Shown in pieces: positions 10,901 to 22,925 of a DNA stretch of 64,000 bases. The notes beneath the pieces are model-generated. The model was not told the DNA's origin. It saw nothing but the letters and a program-made list of their open reading frames with translations, and did no database searches. The position numbers were made by a program, and so were the translations under genes. Origin of the DNA: Lepidodermella squamata (Eukaryota > Animalia > Gastrotricha); the NCBI GenBank assembly GCA_047495785.1, contig JBLDXI010000046.1, positions 682,001 to 746,000 on the forward strand, read 5' to 3'. Within the stretch, counting starts at the first letter, position 1, and each line of letters begins with the position of its first letter.

Positions 10901-13900
10901 TTTTGTCTACATTTTTTTTTTAAATTTTATCAGCTATAAAAAATTTCAGAACATAATTTGGTGAATTTCTGTATATTTCCGGACAATTTTTTTAATGATT
11001 ACAATTCTTTTAAATCAAATTTAAATTTAAATATTTTCGAATATAAAATCATTCGAAATTTTTTAAATCTAATAATTTGATAGTTAAATTCCATCGAAAA
11101 TTAATTATTTGCATTCGCCTTTAGTTCAACTTCTTCAAAGCTGGCAAGACTGGTCCTGCGCCACCTGGTTTTTCGCCCGCTGGCGGGCCGACTAGACGCA
11201 CTGGTGGCCCGGTACCTGGTTCTACGCCTCCTGGCTTTGCTTCTGGTTCCACCTGCGGCTCCGCTGCGCCTCCTGGCTTCGCAAGTTCTGGTTCCGCCAG
11301 CGGTACTCGTGTCTCTGGACACCTAGCGATACTAACGCGCCCGGTGGATCTGCTCGCCGCGGTATAGTGGTGCTGCCTAACGCAACCTTTCGGCTCAACA
11401 CCCGCTGGCTTCTCAGCCTATATTCCACCTTAACTTAACCAGCTGATTGGTCCCAACCAACAAGGTGACGCAAATGCAATGTTGGCGGACGTTCATCAAG
11501 CGAAACTAAGAACTGACGAGATTTACGAGATTATTGAGGTCTTGAATAGGTGCCGGGCGGACCCGAGATTCCCGGCACGTTGCTCATGGCACAGGAAGGC
11601 CGGAAGATCGAGTTCACGCCGCCGGAGCTCGAAAAACGAAATATGAACGGATTCAAGGCAGGTTGCGGGGAAACCGTTTTACCCGAGCTACAACTCGACC
11701 TAGCAAAGCTGGGGAAAATCAACGGAAGGTCCAATTTCAACATTTTTGCCTTTAATTAACTTTAACTTCACTGATTTCATCTGTCCGGTTCAAACAGAAG
11801 CTGTTAGACACGCTTTCAAGCTATCAACTGAAGAACTCGTCAAGGTCCAGGGTCCAGGAAGTTAACGTTACGCTAGAGGCCGTTGCGATCGAATTACACG
11901 ATGTTGAAACGTGGGAATTAAGGTGGTTCACAATTTATCTCATGGTGCCGAAATTGGGGACTATTGTCTGCTGACTCCCTAGTCATCTGCGGTTCATCAA
12001 GAAAGCGTTCAATCTACCAATCTCCACCAGTCATGATTCACTTGAAATCGAGTTTAAATTCATCTCCCCCGCTCAAGCTCCTGTAATTTAGAAGTGCCCG
12101 AAATTTAGAACTCCTGTAATAGTAAATTTACCTATACAGTTAAATCCTATTTCCACTGCCAATCATGTGACTTGGTGGGTTATTTTTGTTCTCGTCGATT
12201 TCAGCGCTGCTATTGCCTCTCTTTTTGTCTTCTCTCAATGTGCTTATTTTAAATTTGCCGCTTTTTTTATCTGCGCCACCCCTGGCATTTTTTGGCACTA
12301 GCTGCAATGAACATTTTAATAACCCCATCAACTTCAACAAGGGCAGAACAGCTGTTTTCTCAGAACACGGTTAATCGGCGGCCCTTTCCGGTTAACCCGG
12401 CCAGGTCCTTGAATTGACGAGGACCGAACCCAACGGACCGGAGGCTCTGAAATTAGGACCGTCACAGCTCTAGCAGGGGTCGGTGCGCTTTTTTGCACTA
12501 GTTTCGATTACAACACCATTGACGATTTAGAGTGCCGGGGTATGGAAATAAATGGATTGTATTGGATTGGTAAGTAAAGACGATTTATCTGCAAATTTTG
12601 ATGATTTTAAGATTTTTTTACTTGATTTTTGGTGATGGGAATTTAAAATAAAATAGGGTAATTAGCGAATAATTTTTATAATTTTTTTTCTTAAAAAAAG
12701 ATAAAGAAATAGCAAAATGCCAACCTCATCGAATGTTCGTACAGCCCGGGGTTCGAATAGCTGAAGTTGAAAAACCGATCCTTCCCGTTGTAATTGACCC
12801 GCAAATCGCCGCCCTCGTAAATGCACGGCAAAAACACGACAATAGACCCGAAATGGTTAGCATCCCGCTGCGTGTCGCGATGCGGCTTGAAAAACGACCC
12901 GGGTTCATAGACTAGCAATTTCGAGAACTGGGCTCGGATTCCGCGGCAATGCGGCGCGAGTTGCAGCCGAATGTTCTCCATCAGCGGGCTGTGGTCCGAG
13001 AACGAGAACATCTCTAGCCAATCGTCGTTCATGATGTTGATTTTAGACTTTTCGATTTGCCAGCCATTTCGGACAGTCTCGTCGATGAGTGTTTCGGAGC
13101 CGCGGCCGAAGCATGCTTTCGAGGCGGCTTGGTCGATCAAACGGCGGCAGGCGGTTTCAGAGCTTGGGTACTCGAGAAACCAGCCATCTTGAATCTTGAT
13201 CAATGGAAGGCAGTTTACCTAAAAATTGAGCGAAAAATAGCAGTGTTGAAAGAAAAAATGAGCTTGAGAACCAAAAATGAACAAAATTATCTGAAAAATC
13301 GGGTCCCCTACAGAGCAGCAGGCTTCAAAGCAGGATAAACTCAAAAAGCGGTGCAAACGCCACGCAACAATAAATCGAATTAATTACGATAAAATTCGGC
13401 GTAGTTTTCTGAATATGGACTCATCATAACTTAAGTAGTCCGGCTTATGAATTTTGAAAAAATTTCGAAAAACGACTTTTTCGACCAAAGTGAGGTCTGA
13501 GGTTTGATGACTTATGTTCCTCAATTTTTGGTGTGAAAAGCTAGAATAGCTGACCATCATGTTAGTCGATTGGTTGAAAATCAGAGGCTAAGCCTGAGCG
13601 CTTGCTGAAAGGACTGTTTAGTGCGTTTTCCCTGCTTTGAAGCCTGCTGCTCTGTGGGGGACCCGAAAAATCTGCTTAAATTATATTCGAACCTAATTAA
13701 TTATATTTAACTTGAATCGTGCTATGGCGACATGATAATTCCAAGTCGCATGAATCATGTGATTTATTTCAAATTAGCATCACGTGATTCCGTCATTAAA
13801 AGTGAGGTACATGAAGACGAGAAAATTGATTGGTCATATGATTTGTAATTATCAGTACCCCGCTTTGAATTCGGCTGCTGCACCCGGATACTTAGTACCA

Positions 13901-14927
13901 GCCAGCAGTTTGGGGGACTAAATAATTAGTCATAAATCAATGAAAAATCGTCCGGACTTGCGGATATCGGCATTGAATAGCCTAGGCCTTGAATTCAGTT
14001 TATGCCAATTATTTTATAAAAAATCCTGAAAAGTTGAAAAAAACCCAAAAGTGGCCGAAATTAGGGCGGGGTGCTCTACGATAATAGGAATTCAGAATAC
14101 TTTTATTCCCCGCCCCCTAGAGTGACCATGAATAGTTTTTGAATGGTTTGAATTACTTATCAGGCAAATCAGGCACAAGTAAAAATTGAGACCAAAAATC
14201 GTTATTTATTCTTCTAAACTCGAAAAAATAATTTCGGCAGAAAATTACGACAAATTTTACAAAATCCCCCTTAAATAAAAATTAGCTCATGATTTTTCCA
14301 CTTATTGCGAGCTTGGTCTTCGGATCACCTCTTCGGGGCAAATTTTCATAACAAAAAAGCGTTGAAGTTATTCGAGGAACACGCGAAAAATAAGCTGGAA
14401 AAGACGAGATGAAGTTTTTGCTGTTCGAAACAGCACTGTGAAAATTTTAATTCAAAATTTAATAGAGAAGAAATTTGTAAAAAAAATTAGAATAAGATTC
14501 TGGAGAAATTGGGCAAAATACCGGAAATTACTGAACCGGTTACTATCGGGGTTTTCCGAGTTTCCTCCGGCCTCCGGTAAATTTGTCATTTCTTCAGTTA
14601 AATTGCAGATAAAAGATGGAATATTCTCTCGGTAGGTTCAATTTAAAAGAAAATTCCTATAAAAAAGTTGCCAAATTGAAAAATAGTTGCGCAACTTCTG
14701 GGACACGCCTCTCTGGGACGTGATTAATAAACTTGTTCGTTAATTCTTACCGGAAATGACGTGCACCAGTTGTTTTGAGCCTCGCTTTCATCGGCGTCGA
14801 AAAATTTGCGCATTCTCCGCAGAACTTGAACCTCTGTCATCTCACTAATCGATACAGCATCATCTTCATCGGACGTGTAATCACCGTATCCATCTTCGGA
14901 ATCCGACATCTTCCCAAATCCAAACAT
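4934..14927 (-). CDS. 2-oxoglutarate/Fe(II)-dependent dioxygenase (microbial-type 2OG-FeII_Oxy), 5 exons: ~14927-14751, 13218-12725, 10858-10387, ~9056-8818, 4985-4934
   Basis: Motifs KLLVYEPGSFFKPHRDT (HxD), FGSIVVFLP..EGGDL, AFFTDCEHEV (distal His), GYRLTLSYNL (2OG-binding Arg), later ETGNEG and a last exon NFSLQYQSSAMLIKPKD*. All junctions are GT-AG and in frame. Confidence 0.85.
5171..5583. mobile_element. Foldback/MITE with long inverted arms (copy 1)
   Basis: Ends CATAGAGAAAAAATGACCAGAG..AAGC.CTCAAGCTAAAAT and its reverse complement; the internal arms are also inverted. A near-identical inverted copy lies at 62380-62790. Confidence 0.85.
5700..6215 (+). mobile_element. Penelope-like element 3' fragment (GIY-YIG endonuclease plus terminal region)
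   Basis: ORF 5718-6098 reads CVVYKFKCAQCDAGYIGMTTRHLHQRIDEH..IGKHL..H..FTIL..ESLLIKK...LN, the PLE GIY-YIG with its CxxC/H/H signature. It is followed by a hammerhead motif and AATAAA at about 6208. Confidence 0.9.
6164..6205 (+). ncRNA. Minimal type-I hammerhead ribozyme of the Penelope element
   Basis: AGAGT-CTGATGA-T-GGTAC(GAGCTA)GTACC-GAAAC-GTC-ACTTT. Conserved core, 5-bp helix II, palindromic ACGT helix III, helix I AGAGT/ACTTT with one G-U pair, GUC cleavage triplet. Confidence 0.8.
6409..8413. mobile_element. Element bounded by ~164-bp perfect inverted repeats (6409-6572 / 8250-8413) enclosing a LINE relic
   Basis: GGTCCGCATGGGGTGGTCTGCC...CATATACATGC is the reverse complement of 8250-8413. 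Confidence 0.8.
6840..8050 (-). pseudogene. Degenerate non-LTR retrotransposon ORF2 (RT; I/Jockey-like) fragment
   Basis: Frameshifted pieces KVPGLDGI..FNLSL..LPEWKDPAVIPVPKAGK, RPISLLPVDGK..IPDNQYAFR and VGLDVQAAYGSVW. GC-rich relative to the flanks. Confidence 0.8.
9500..9780 (+). pseudogene. OTU cysteine-protease domain relic (probably TE-derived), antisense within an oxygenase intron
   Basis: CQFLAISDQMYG...H..IRKNIVDFMLDNP, then a frameshift to FFVDFIPASLGLDGYCKLMRQAKCWGDSVTLMAF. Matches the OTU pattern DGNCxFRA.S..LYG...WG...L.A, with the DGNC codons disrupted. Confidence 0.7.
13301..13664. mobile_element. MITE with ~35-bp TIRs (GGGTCCCC.ACAGAGCAGCAGGCTTCAAAGCAGG) and 8-bp TSD GAAAAATC
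   Basis: TSD at 13293-13300 and 13665-13672. GG termini with an 8-bp TSD are compatible with Merlin or Mutator-type elements. Confidence 0.85.
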
Positions 14928-15096
14928 ATCAAAATTTTGAAAAAAAAAATCCACCTAAAAAAAACGAAAATATTTCAGATTTTTCTTTCAATTTTTGTAT
15001 GACCGAATCGAGGTGAGAGAGAAAAATAAAATCGATCACGAGGTTGGATGAAGACGATAAAGAATTTTTGATGATTCAATCGATTTCGATAATTTC

Positions 15097-18000
15097 CTAC
15101 CACGAACAAAGACCAGCTTCGAGTGATTCTTTAATGTCGACAATAGCTATGTAGCTGCCGACAAACATTGCCGCGATGCCGATGCAGATGATGATTATAG
15201 CACGAATAACCATGAAAGAATAACCGACCCTGCCAACCGGTTGCTTAACCTGAGCAACAGCACCACCATTTTCCGGCCCATCGTTGCTGCCGTGTAGAAA
15301 TCGCTGCATAACAGTGGGCTGGGGTTTCAGCGCAGATTTCGGGCCGAAAGTTCGTAGCCGAATGTTGGTGCGGGTTGTCGTCACAACTGGGGCAGATTTA
15401 TCCGGTAGATTAGCGACCAATTCGAGGATGGGCGGGAAGACGAGGGCGAGAGATGACGTGGCTAGCGAGCCGACTAGAGCGATCATTTGCTCGAGACATG
15501 GCACGGATGATGCCAAAATAACTAAAACAAATTAAATTCATGAAAATTCATAAAAAAAGTCGAGCAAATGTTGAATATTTGTATTTTAATGAATTTTGGA
15601 AATAGAAAATTTGATCTACAGAAAAACGAAAAATTTGATACATTCGACAAGGCCATAAAAAGCCTCAAACTGGCCCAAAACGGTGCTTTGAAGAATTATT
15701 AAGAAACGCTTTTGAGGAACTGTTACCAAACTGTTTGCTACTGTGCGGTCGAATCGATTGTAGAAATTGAACATTGAATGCCTCGCCGAACTCGATTTCA
15801 TCAAACTTTCTTAAAATTTCACCAAACTTAACTAAGACATTTCTTTTTCTTCCTTCTCATAAACCATGAACGAACGTATGAGCGATATTATTTGGGTGTT
15901 TAGTGACGCCGAGGGACGAAGCGAACGAAAAACTAATCACGAGTATCGTTTCCTGTTACAACGACCGCGAATTGGCAGATAAGACTTCAAACAAAATTTG
16001 AGCTTGGCGCAAGAAAAATGTCGGAAATGCTCACGGATTCAATTCGCAAGAACTCAAATTGAAAGATGCGTTGAGTAAAATTATCACTTTGCGCGGCCAA
16101 ATCGCGCATGGATCTCCGATTTCGGTTCAGATTGGCAAATCTTATCTGGATTGGGTCGTTCGACCTACTGCAAAGCTGTTGAGAGTTGGACTAGAAATTT
16201 GAATTTCAGTCGGTCCAACTAATCTTTTCTCGATTATAGGCCAATGTCGGCCAATAGAGCGAATGAAACTAATGATACTAGAAAGCTCGGCATGCGCTGT
16301 TTACCAAAATATGGTCGCTATCTTAGTCAGGCCTTCTTGGGCATTCTTGGAAAAAATTCCTAAAAACGATTATTAGGGGCACGGCAGTCTCGAGTACCTA
16401 ATTTTCTAGATCAAAACAAGCGTCTCCACGAGAAGAATCTTAATATGCAAGAAGCAATAAGGAAGTCCGGTCTGCGGGGGTCAAAAAGCGAAAAACCAGA
16501 ATTCAGTATATATTAAACCTGAAATAACTGAAATTTCAAGTCGGCAGAATCTTTTTCTTTCATGAGGCGGAGCCGTGAGACACAAGGGATTGGCAATTTC
16601 AATAAATTAACACGGGCAGTATTACTTACACAAGCTTTCGTCATTACAATGTAGCCCTGAATTTTCAAGTTTTGCCGATAAAAAAATCGATTTTGATGTT
16701 TCTCAAATATTTTTCGATACATTTCTAAGAAATTGATTTTTTATTATTATCCCGATTAGTATCCGCATTTTTTCTTCTTAATTTAGCCATTAACGTCGAA
16801 TCACTGCGAATTTTTTCAATTTCTTTTTAATTATTCTCAGCTGAAAGGCTCTTTCTTACTGTGCGGTCGAATAGATTGTAAAAATTGAACATTGAATGCC
16901 TCGCCAAACTCGATTTCATCAAACTTTCTCTAAATTTCACCAAGCTCAACTGATAAATGTCTTTTTCTTCCTTCTCATTCAAGAATATGAACCATGAACG
17001 AACGTGAGCGATATTATTTGGGTGCCTGATGACGCCAAGTGCTGGAGCGATCGAAAAACTAATCACGAGTGTCGTTTCCTGTTTCAACGACCGCGAATTG
17101 GCAGAAAAGACTTCAAACAAGATTTCAGCCAGGCGCAAGAAAAATGTCGGAAATGCTCACGAATTCGATGCAACCTTGCTCCAATTGGAAGATGCCCTGG
17201 GTGAAATTATTACTGTTCGCGGCCAGATCGCGCATGAATCTCCGATTTCGATTCAGATTAACAAATCTTATCTGGAGTGGGTCCGTTCGACCTACAGCAA
17301 AGCTGTTGAGAGTTTGAGATGCGTTGAGTAAAATGATAACTTTTCGCGGCCAGATTGCACATGGTTCTGAGATGCCGAATTGGATTGACTCTAATCTGGG
17401 CTTTAATGACTTCGAGAGCCTGCATCGCCTCACCTCAGACCCCAGAATAGTACTAATAGGATCGATAAATCGAAGTTTAAGAGCTTTATGTTGGTACCAA
17501 AATCACGCGGCGCAATTTCAATAAATTAACACGGATAGTATTACTTCTACCAAGCTTTCGTTCACTACAATGTAGCCCGAAATTTCTCAAGCTGACAGCC
17601 TTTTCGCCAATAAAAATGATGACAAGATCAAAAAAGAAATCGATTTTGATTTTTTCCAAATATGGATCGATTTATTTCAGAGAAGCTGAATTTGCTTCAA
17701 CTCCATTTACGGGCATCAACGTCGATTCACTGCAAATTTTCGAGAGAAAATGTTTTGAATTATTCTCATGGCTCTTGTTAAGTTTTTTACCTGAATTAAC
17801 AGGTTTTTTTAGAAAATTTTCCCTAGAAAATTGCGAAGGATCCGCTAACAAAAAAACGTGGAAACTTACAGCTGAGAACAACAATGCCAGTTCGCAGGAC
17901 GTATTCGCCGTAGTTGAGCAGAAACGGCGTCGAGCTGACACGTCGTTTGATAGACGGCCACAAAATTTCGACCGGGATGTACACCATGAGGCCGTAAGAC

Positions 18001-19667
18001 ATGAAAATCGACGTGGCGTACACGATTCGAACCGCGTCGTACAAATAGTTTTTATTCGGCAAATTTCGCAGGATCATCTGCGCTTTTTCGCCGAACGCCA
18101 GGTAGCCGTAAAATGCGAACGCCGTGTAAATTGTAATGATGAAAACCATCGCGAGAGACATTAAACCGTTCCAGTAATGAAAAGCTCCACCTTAAAAAAT
18201 ATTTGAAAAATTATGAAAAATTATTTCTTTTTTTTTATAAAATTAAAAATGAATTTTTCAAATTTTTTCAAAAACGAAAAGCTCAAAACGTCGAAAGGTT
18301 CAACGGACCATTTCTTGGCGGACCACACTCACCACCCGCGTCTCTCTCTCTCAAAAAACATTTCATTCCAATTTTTAAAATTCAAATTTCTTGTTTGAAA
18401 ATTTAAAAATGATTGTCCCAATTTTCTAATTTTTCATGTTTTTTAAAAATAAAAAGCTCCACCTTAAAAAATAATTATTGCAAAAATAGCTCCAATTTAT
18501 CATGCTTTTCAGAAAATTTATAAATTTAAAACATGAACTTACGGTCTTTCATTTTAGTTTCAAACGGGAGAACGAAGGTGATTGATTCATAAGCAAACAT
18601 AATTGAGCCGAAAAACATGAAAAAATCGCCGCCATTAGTCGCCAGCGGTAGGCGTTCCCAAGATTCCAGATGCCGAAAGACGTATTGCAAAATAACACAA
18701 ACAGAACCGATGGCGAGGAAATTAGCGATTGTCGAGAAGATTGCGAGAATTCGCAGCGTTCGGACGAAACAGTATGGAATAAGAAGAGCTGCGGTTACAG
18801 CCTGGTACCAGACCAGTTTAAAGCGAACATCGGTATAAGTTTCCACGACAAGGCGAATCATGCTGAAAAATAGTAAACATTTTAAAATTTTAATTAAATT
18901 TTTCATTTTTCATTTTTATTTGAAATTAATTTGAAATCAAAATTAGAAAATGTTATACAATTTCATTTTCTTAATAAAAAAAATGGAACTTACTCGGGAC
19001 AAAAATTGAGATAAACGCAACAAGTGCCGATTTGAACGACGACCAAGAAGAAGTTGATTGTGTATTTAGCCACACCGGCAAATTTGCGGATTTGAGGGTA
19101 GGCGGCGTCGCGGAAACACGCCTCGGCGACATCGGCGTAATCTAGCTCTTTATTCGGCCGAGACCGCCGCACTTTGCGGTAGACACTCAACAGCTGGTGC
19201 ATGCAGAAAGTGCATAGAAAACCGGCGGCTAACATGCCGACGAGACCGACGACTAGACCCGCTTTCGCCATCGCATAGGGCAGCGACAAAATTCCTGAAA
19301 AAATGGGCAAAAATTGACCATTAAATAAATTTAAAAATTTAAATTTAAATGTGCCTCAAATTAAAAAAATTATCAATTAATTTTATCGGAAAAATAATTA
19401 AATTTTTTTACCTGTGCCGATGTTGCTTTTGACCAAATTAGCAAAAGTAGCTAATTTAGATGTTCGACTGCCGTCATCTTCCTGTTCCGGCGCCATCGGA
19501 GGCGGGTCTGGGTCGTGTTGAGCGATTACAACGCCGTCGTCCAGCTTTCCGTTTTCTTCGCCAAGCATCAACACAACGGGTTTGTTGCCCCGATAACTGC
19601 TTGAGCCGTTGTTAATTGTCGCGATTTGGACCGGTTTAGCACCGCCAGCAGTGATTTGAGCCGACAT
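15097..19667 (-). CDS. SLC36/PAT-type proton-coupled amino-acid transporter (Aa_trans), 5 exons: 19667-19412, 19294-18994, 18862-18543, 18190-17870, 15521-15097
   Basis: Motifs NLVKSNIGTGILSLPYAMAKAG, QIGTCCVY, FFGSIMFAYESITFVLPFETKMK, GYLAFG, LVGSLATSSLALVFPPILE. In-frame GT-AG junctions. Confidence 0.92.
15740..17770. repeat. Diverged direct duplication of a repeat unit inside the transporter intron (about 15740-16190 vs 16857-17315; 16596-16830 vs 17514-17770)
   Basis: Shared blocks such as CTGTGCGGTCGAAT..GATTGTA, GACCGC.AATTGGCAGA and CAATTTCAATAAATTAACACGG. Confidence 0.75.
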
Positions 19668-21216
19668 AATGTTCGATCAAACAGTTTAAAACCGCAAAAA
19701 TTCAGGAATAAAATTATCACTAAAAACAGTAAAACTGGTGTAAGCTCTTCACTCTAGGTGAATTAACACTCAGAATGAATAAACAATGGCGGAAAGACAA
19801 AGATCTAGCGGTCTCAAGCGAAATTTGCAATAAAAAACATGAATGAAAATGGTCATTAAAAACGCATTTCGCACTCTGTCTGCCTATTGCGTGAGATGGA
19901 ACAAAAAAATTAATAGCAGCTGGCTCAATTACCTGAGAGATGTAAAACATGCCGGAAGGTAGACAAAAACAAAGCGAGGGCAATTCAAGAGCGAGTTTTG
20001 AAAAAATCCTCCTTAATAATAAGAGTTCGCAACAAATCCGTTTTGTTTGAAAGTGTGCGGCAATAAAAAGCGGTAGAACACACACAGCCACACACACTGC
20101 TCACGTCGGCTTAGGGCGGTTTTAATGAGAGCCGCTAATATAATTGCAACGTGACCCAGACGCAGCGCACACCACGTGCAATTCACACTGCGAGTAGTAG
20201 CGGTGCGCGGTGGACTAATAATAAAACTTGTCAGCGAGCGGGCAGGCTGTGTTTATCGATGGCATCTTTCACGGGTGTACGTTGAATATTGGGTAATAAC
20301 CTGGTTACGAACGGTAAAAGTAGAAAGAGCCCAACAGCACGTTACGTTTAATTACTAGGTGTAAAAACCACGTCTTTCGCAATAAATGATAATAATAAAA
20401 TACCAATTTAAAGCAGTCAAGAATTATTAGGCCATTCAAGAAATCGTAATTCCTAATATCAATTCAAAATCGCAAGAAATATAAGAACGACCAAGAGCTA
20501 AAACACGTGCCGTTCGAGTGGCTATTCGAGCATTGGGAGATGAACCCACTTGACCCTATCACGTGAACGCAGTTGAAATTTCTTGGCACTGACCCGCAAT
20601 GCACTGACCATGCAGCGAATTTATTGAAAAATAAACCAGTCATTGTAGATGTTTCAAAGTCTGGAATATTTGGATGGAATTTCATTAAAAAAATTATAAA
20701 AAATATCTAAAATTTCTGCGCTACAATTTTTAATTAATGCTTTGAAATTTGCATTTTTATTTCTATGCCAAAAAAATCAATGGAAATAACTGAATATTAA
20801 TTAGGAATTTTCGCATTGATCTGTACTGTTCCATGAGCCAATTTTGGTTTGTTTATTTGCAGTACTGTTTTATACCGGAATACTTATCGCAGTATGCCAC
20901 ACGCCTTATAAGAATACTTGCTGCCTTTTCTATACTAGAAACCGGAAATAAGCGGCGATGTTTACCTAAAATGCGCGTAAAAACCAGCTGTTGTTTTCTT
21001 CCACGTCAATGACCAACAACAGCCAAAATCATTTATTATAAATTCGCTATACCTACGCACCAACAAACCTTCTGTCAAATCGTGAAGGATCAGTGGAATG
21101 CTGTCAGAATTAATAATAATTTTCTGTCAAAAAATCAGCGTGTTTTTTAATAGAAAAATTTATTGCGTAAAAAACATCACAATTTTCAGGTAGAAAAAAT
21201 AATACAAAAATTATTT

Positions 21217-21981
21217 TCAATTATCAGCAAATATTTGGACGAAATAATACAAATTAGGACTGTTGGGAACTCCGACGAATGCGAAGCCGAATAATTGATA
21301 GTCCTCATTTAGAACGTTAGCCACTCTCCTTGTTGATTTCATCGCCAATTCATGAGCTTGCTCCAAACTGGTGGCAATCATTAGATTTTCCGCGAAACGT
21401 CCGGCTTTAAATCCGGATTCCCGTAATTTCTGGCCCAAACTTGTTGAAAGCTTCGAATCCGACAATACAGGTGAGATTAGATCAACTGCGGAGAGTAGGG
21501 CGATCTTGCCAAGATCTTCGTTGTACTCCAAAAGAGTCAGACCCCACATACTTCGAGCTTCGTTGATCATTTCCAGCATTTGGAGGCCTTTCATGTTGTA
21601 CCATTGCATCAAAGACTCTGGCGATGAGGATAGGGATGAGAGAAGTTCCGCATCCAAAGCATGAAGGTAGGGTTGATCTTCGATGGATTCTCGGGCGACT
21701 CCGCAGATGCTGATTTCGTCCGCTTGAGATTCAGTTGCGTCAGATTTCGAAATGAGGCCTTGTTTCAAAATGCATTGGCCAGATGATTTCCAGGTGAAGT
21801 GGGAGCAGTCTATCCCTTCCAGGCATAGCTTAGCACATTGGTCTGCGCTGATATCGGATAGAACGGATAGATCTTGGTTGTTATCGAATGTGCAGGAAAA
21901 GGCCCAAATGCCATGCCATGTTATCGATTGGGAGCTGACTGCAACGGCAGATAGAGAAGCGAGAATGAGATGAGTAAGCAT
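21217..21981 (-). CDS. Secreted PAN/Apple + CAP (SCP) domain protein, copy 1, intronless
   Basis: Signal peptide; WAFSCTF..DL...CAKLC...CSHFTW...CILK (Apple/PAN_4); MLEMINEAR..L..AENL..AH...NVLNEDYQLFGF...YFVQIF (CAP). Confidence 0.8.
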   Translation of the reverse strand: MLTHLILASLSAVAVSSQSITWHGIWAFSCTFDNNQDLSVLSDISADQCAKLCLEGIDCSHFTWKSSGQCILKQGLISKSDATESQADEISICGVARESIEDQPYLHALDAELLSSLSSSPESLMQWYNMKGLQMLEMINEARSMWGLTLLEYNEDLGKIALLSAVDLISPVLSDSKLSTSLGQKLRESGFKAGRFAENLMIATSLEQAHELAMKSTRRVANVLNEDYQLFGFAFVGVPNSPNLYYFVQIFADN

Positions 21982-22054
21982 CTTCGATGTAGTATTGAAG
22001 TTTCTTTTATGGATGAATCGAGTTGAATGGTTGAAAGGTCTTCTATGGGCGGGT

Positions 22055-22064
22055 TTTTATAGCC
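22055..22064 (-). promoter_or_regulatory. TATA box (GGCTATAAAA) of PAN-CAP copy 1
   Basis: About 75 nt upstream of the ATG; the same motif lies upstream of copy 2. Confidence 0.55.
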
Positions 22065-22816
22065 ATGATCCATTTTCAGACTTGAATTTTCTCTGTAAAC
22101 AGATTTTTTCAAAATCATCGTAAACATGCGTAACAACCGTGTTTACATGGCCAGATTGGCATCAACACACGTATTGGCTTGGGTGTAATGAAAAAGCTGT
22201 TCATTGACGAAGGTTCCAAGAGTTTTTGCCTGACCACGGTGAATCGTTTGCTGTTTACAAGACTTTAATGAGTTCGTGTTATGACGCGAACTACTCTTCT
22301 TAGTCATGCTAACGTAAATTGGCATACAGTGACGTTAAGGTAGCTTATCCTGCTTGGAGACATGAATGGAGAGATGACCCCTTGGGCATACGCAATAAAA
22401 AACGAATGTTCTCAAAATGCACTTTTTAATTGCATTTTAGCATTCCAAGCTTTTTCCTTTTTGATGCTTTAACCTGGTTTCCAAGAAATGCAAATTACTG
22501 GGTCGCCCAGAGGTTGCGAGGATTCAAAATCTGGAGTTGTGAATTGGCTTCGGCTGGTTCGTCCTTTTGTTATTCCAAGATCTAAGATATTCTTCAGTCT
22601 TTTGGCTCATTCGAAACGATGCATATTCGTTATGGCTGAACAAGATATTCCGGTACATTTGAGATTGCTACGGTTCAGAACTTCAATATGCTCTATTTTC
22701 TCAAAAGAGCCGAAAACGCTTGTCCCTTGTGTGTCGCCAACAAGTTTGATAGTTTACAACGTTTCAGAGACTATCACAACTTTCGATCATTCAGCGGATT
22801 TTTTCTCCTTAGCATA

Positions 22817-22925
22817 CAGGGTGTTCAAAAAATAATAGGTAGTTATAAATAGCTTTGCTACTTTTGGCACGCGATTCAGCGTTTTCGAGCTAAAAGCTGG
22901 ATATTCTTATTTAACGAACACCTTG
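22817..22925 (+). mobile_element. Tc1/mariner-type mini-MITE (CAGGGTGTTC TIR), degenerate copy
   Basis: Near-identical to 37048-37153. Confidence 0.75.

Noticed and set aside
17020-17070. CTGATGA...GAAA possible hammerhead
   Set aside because: Helix II is not adjacent to GAAA, there is no helix III or NUH, and the duplicate copy at about 15900 lacks the core.
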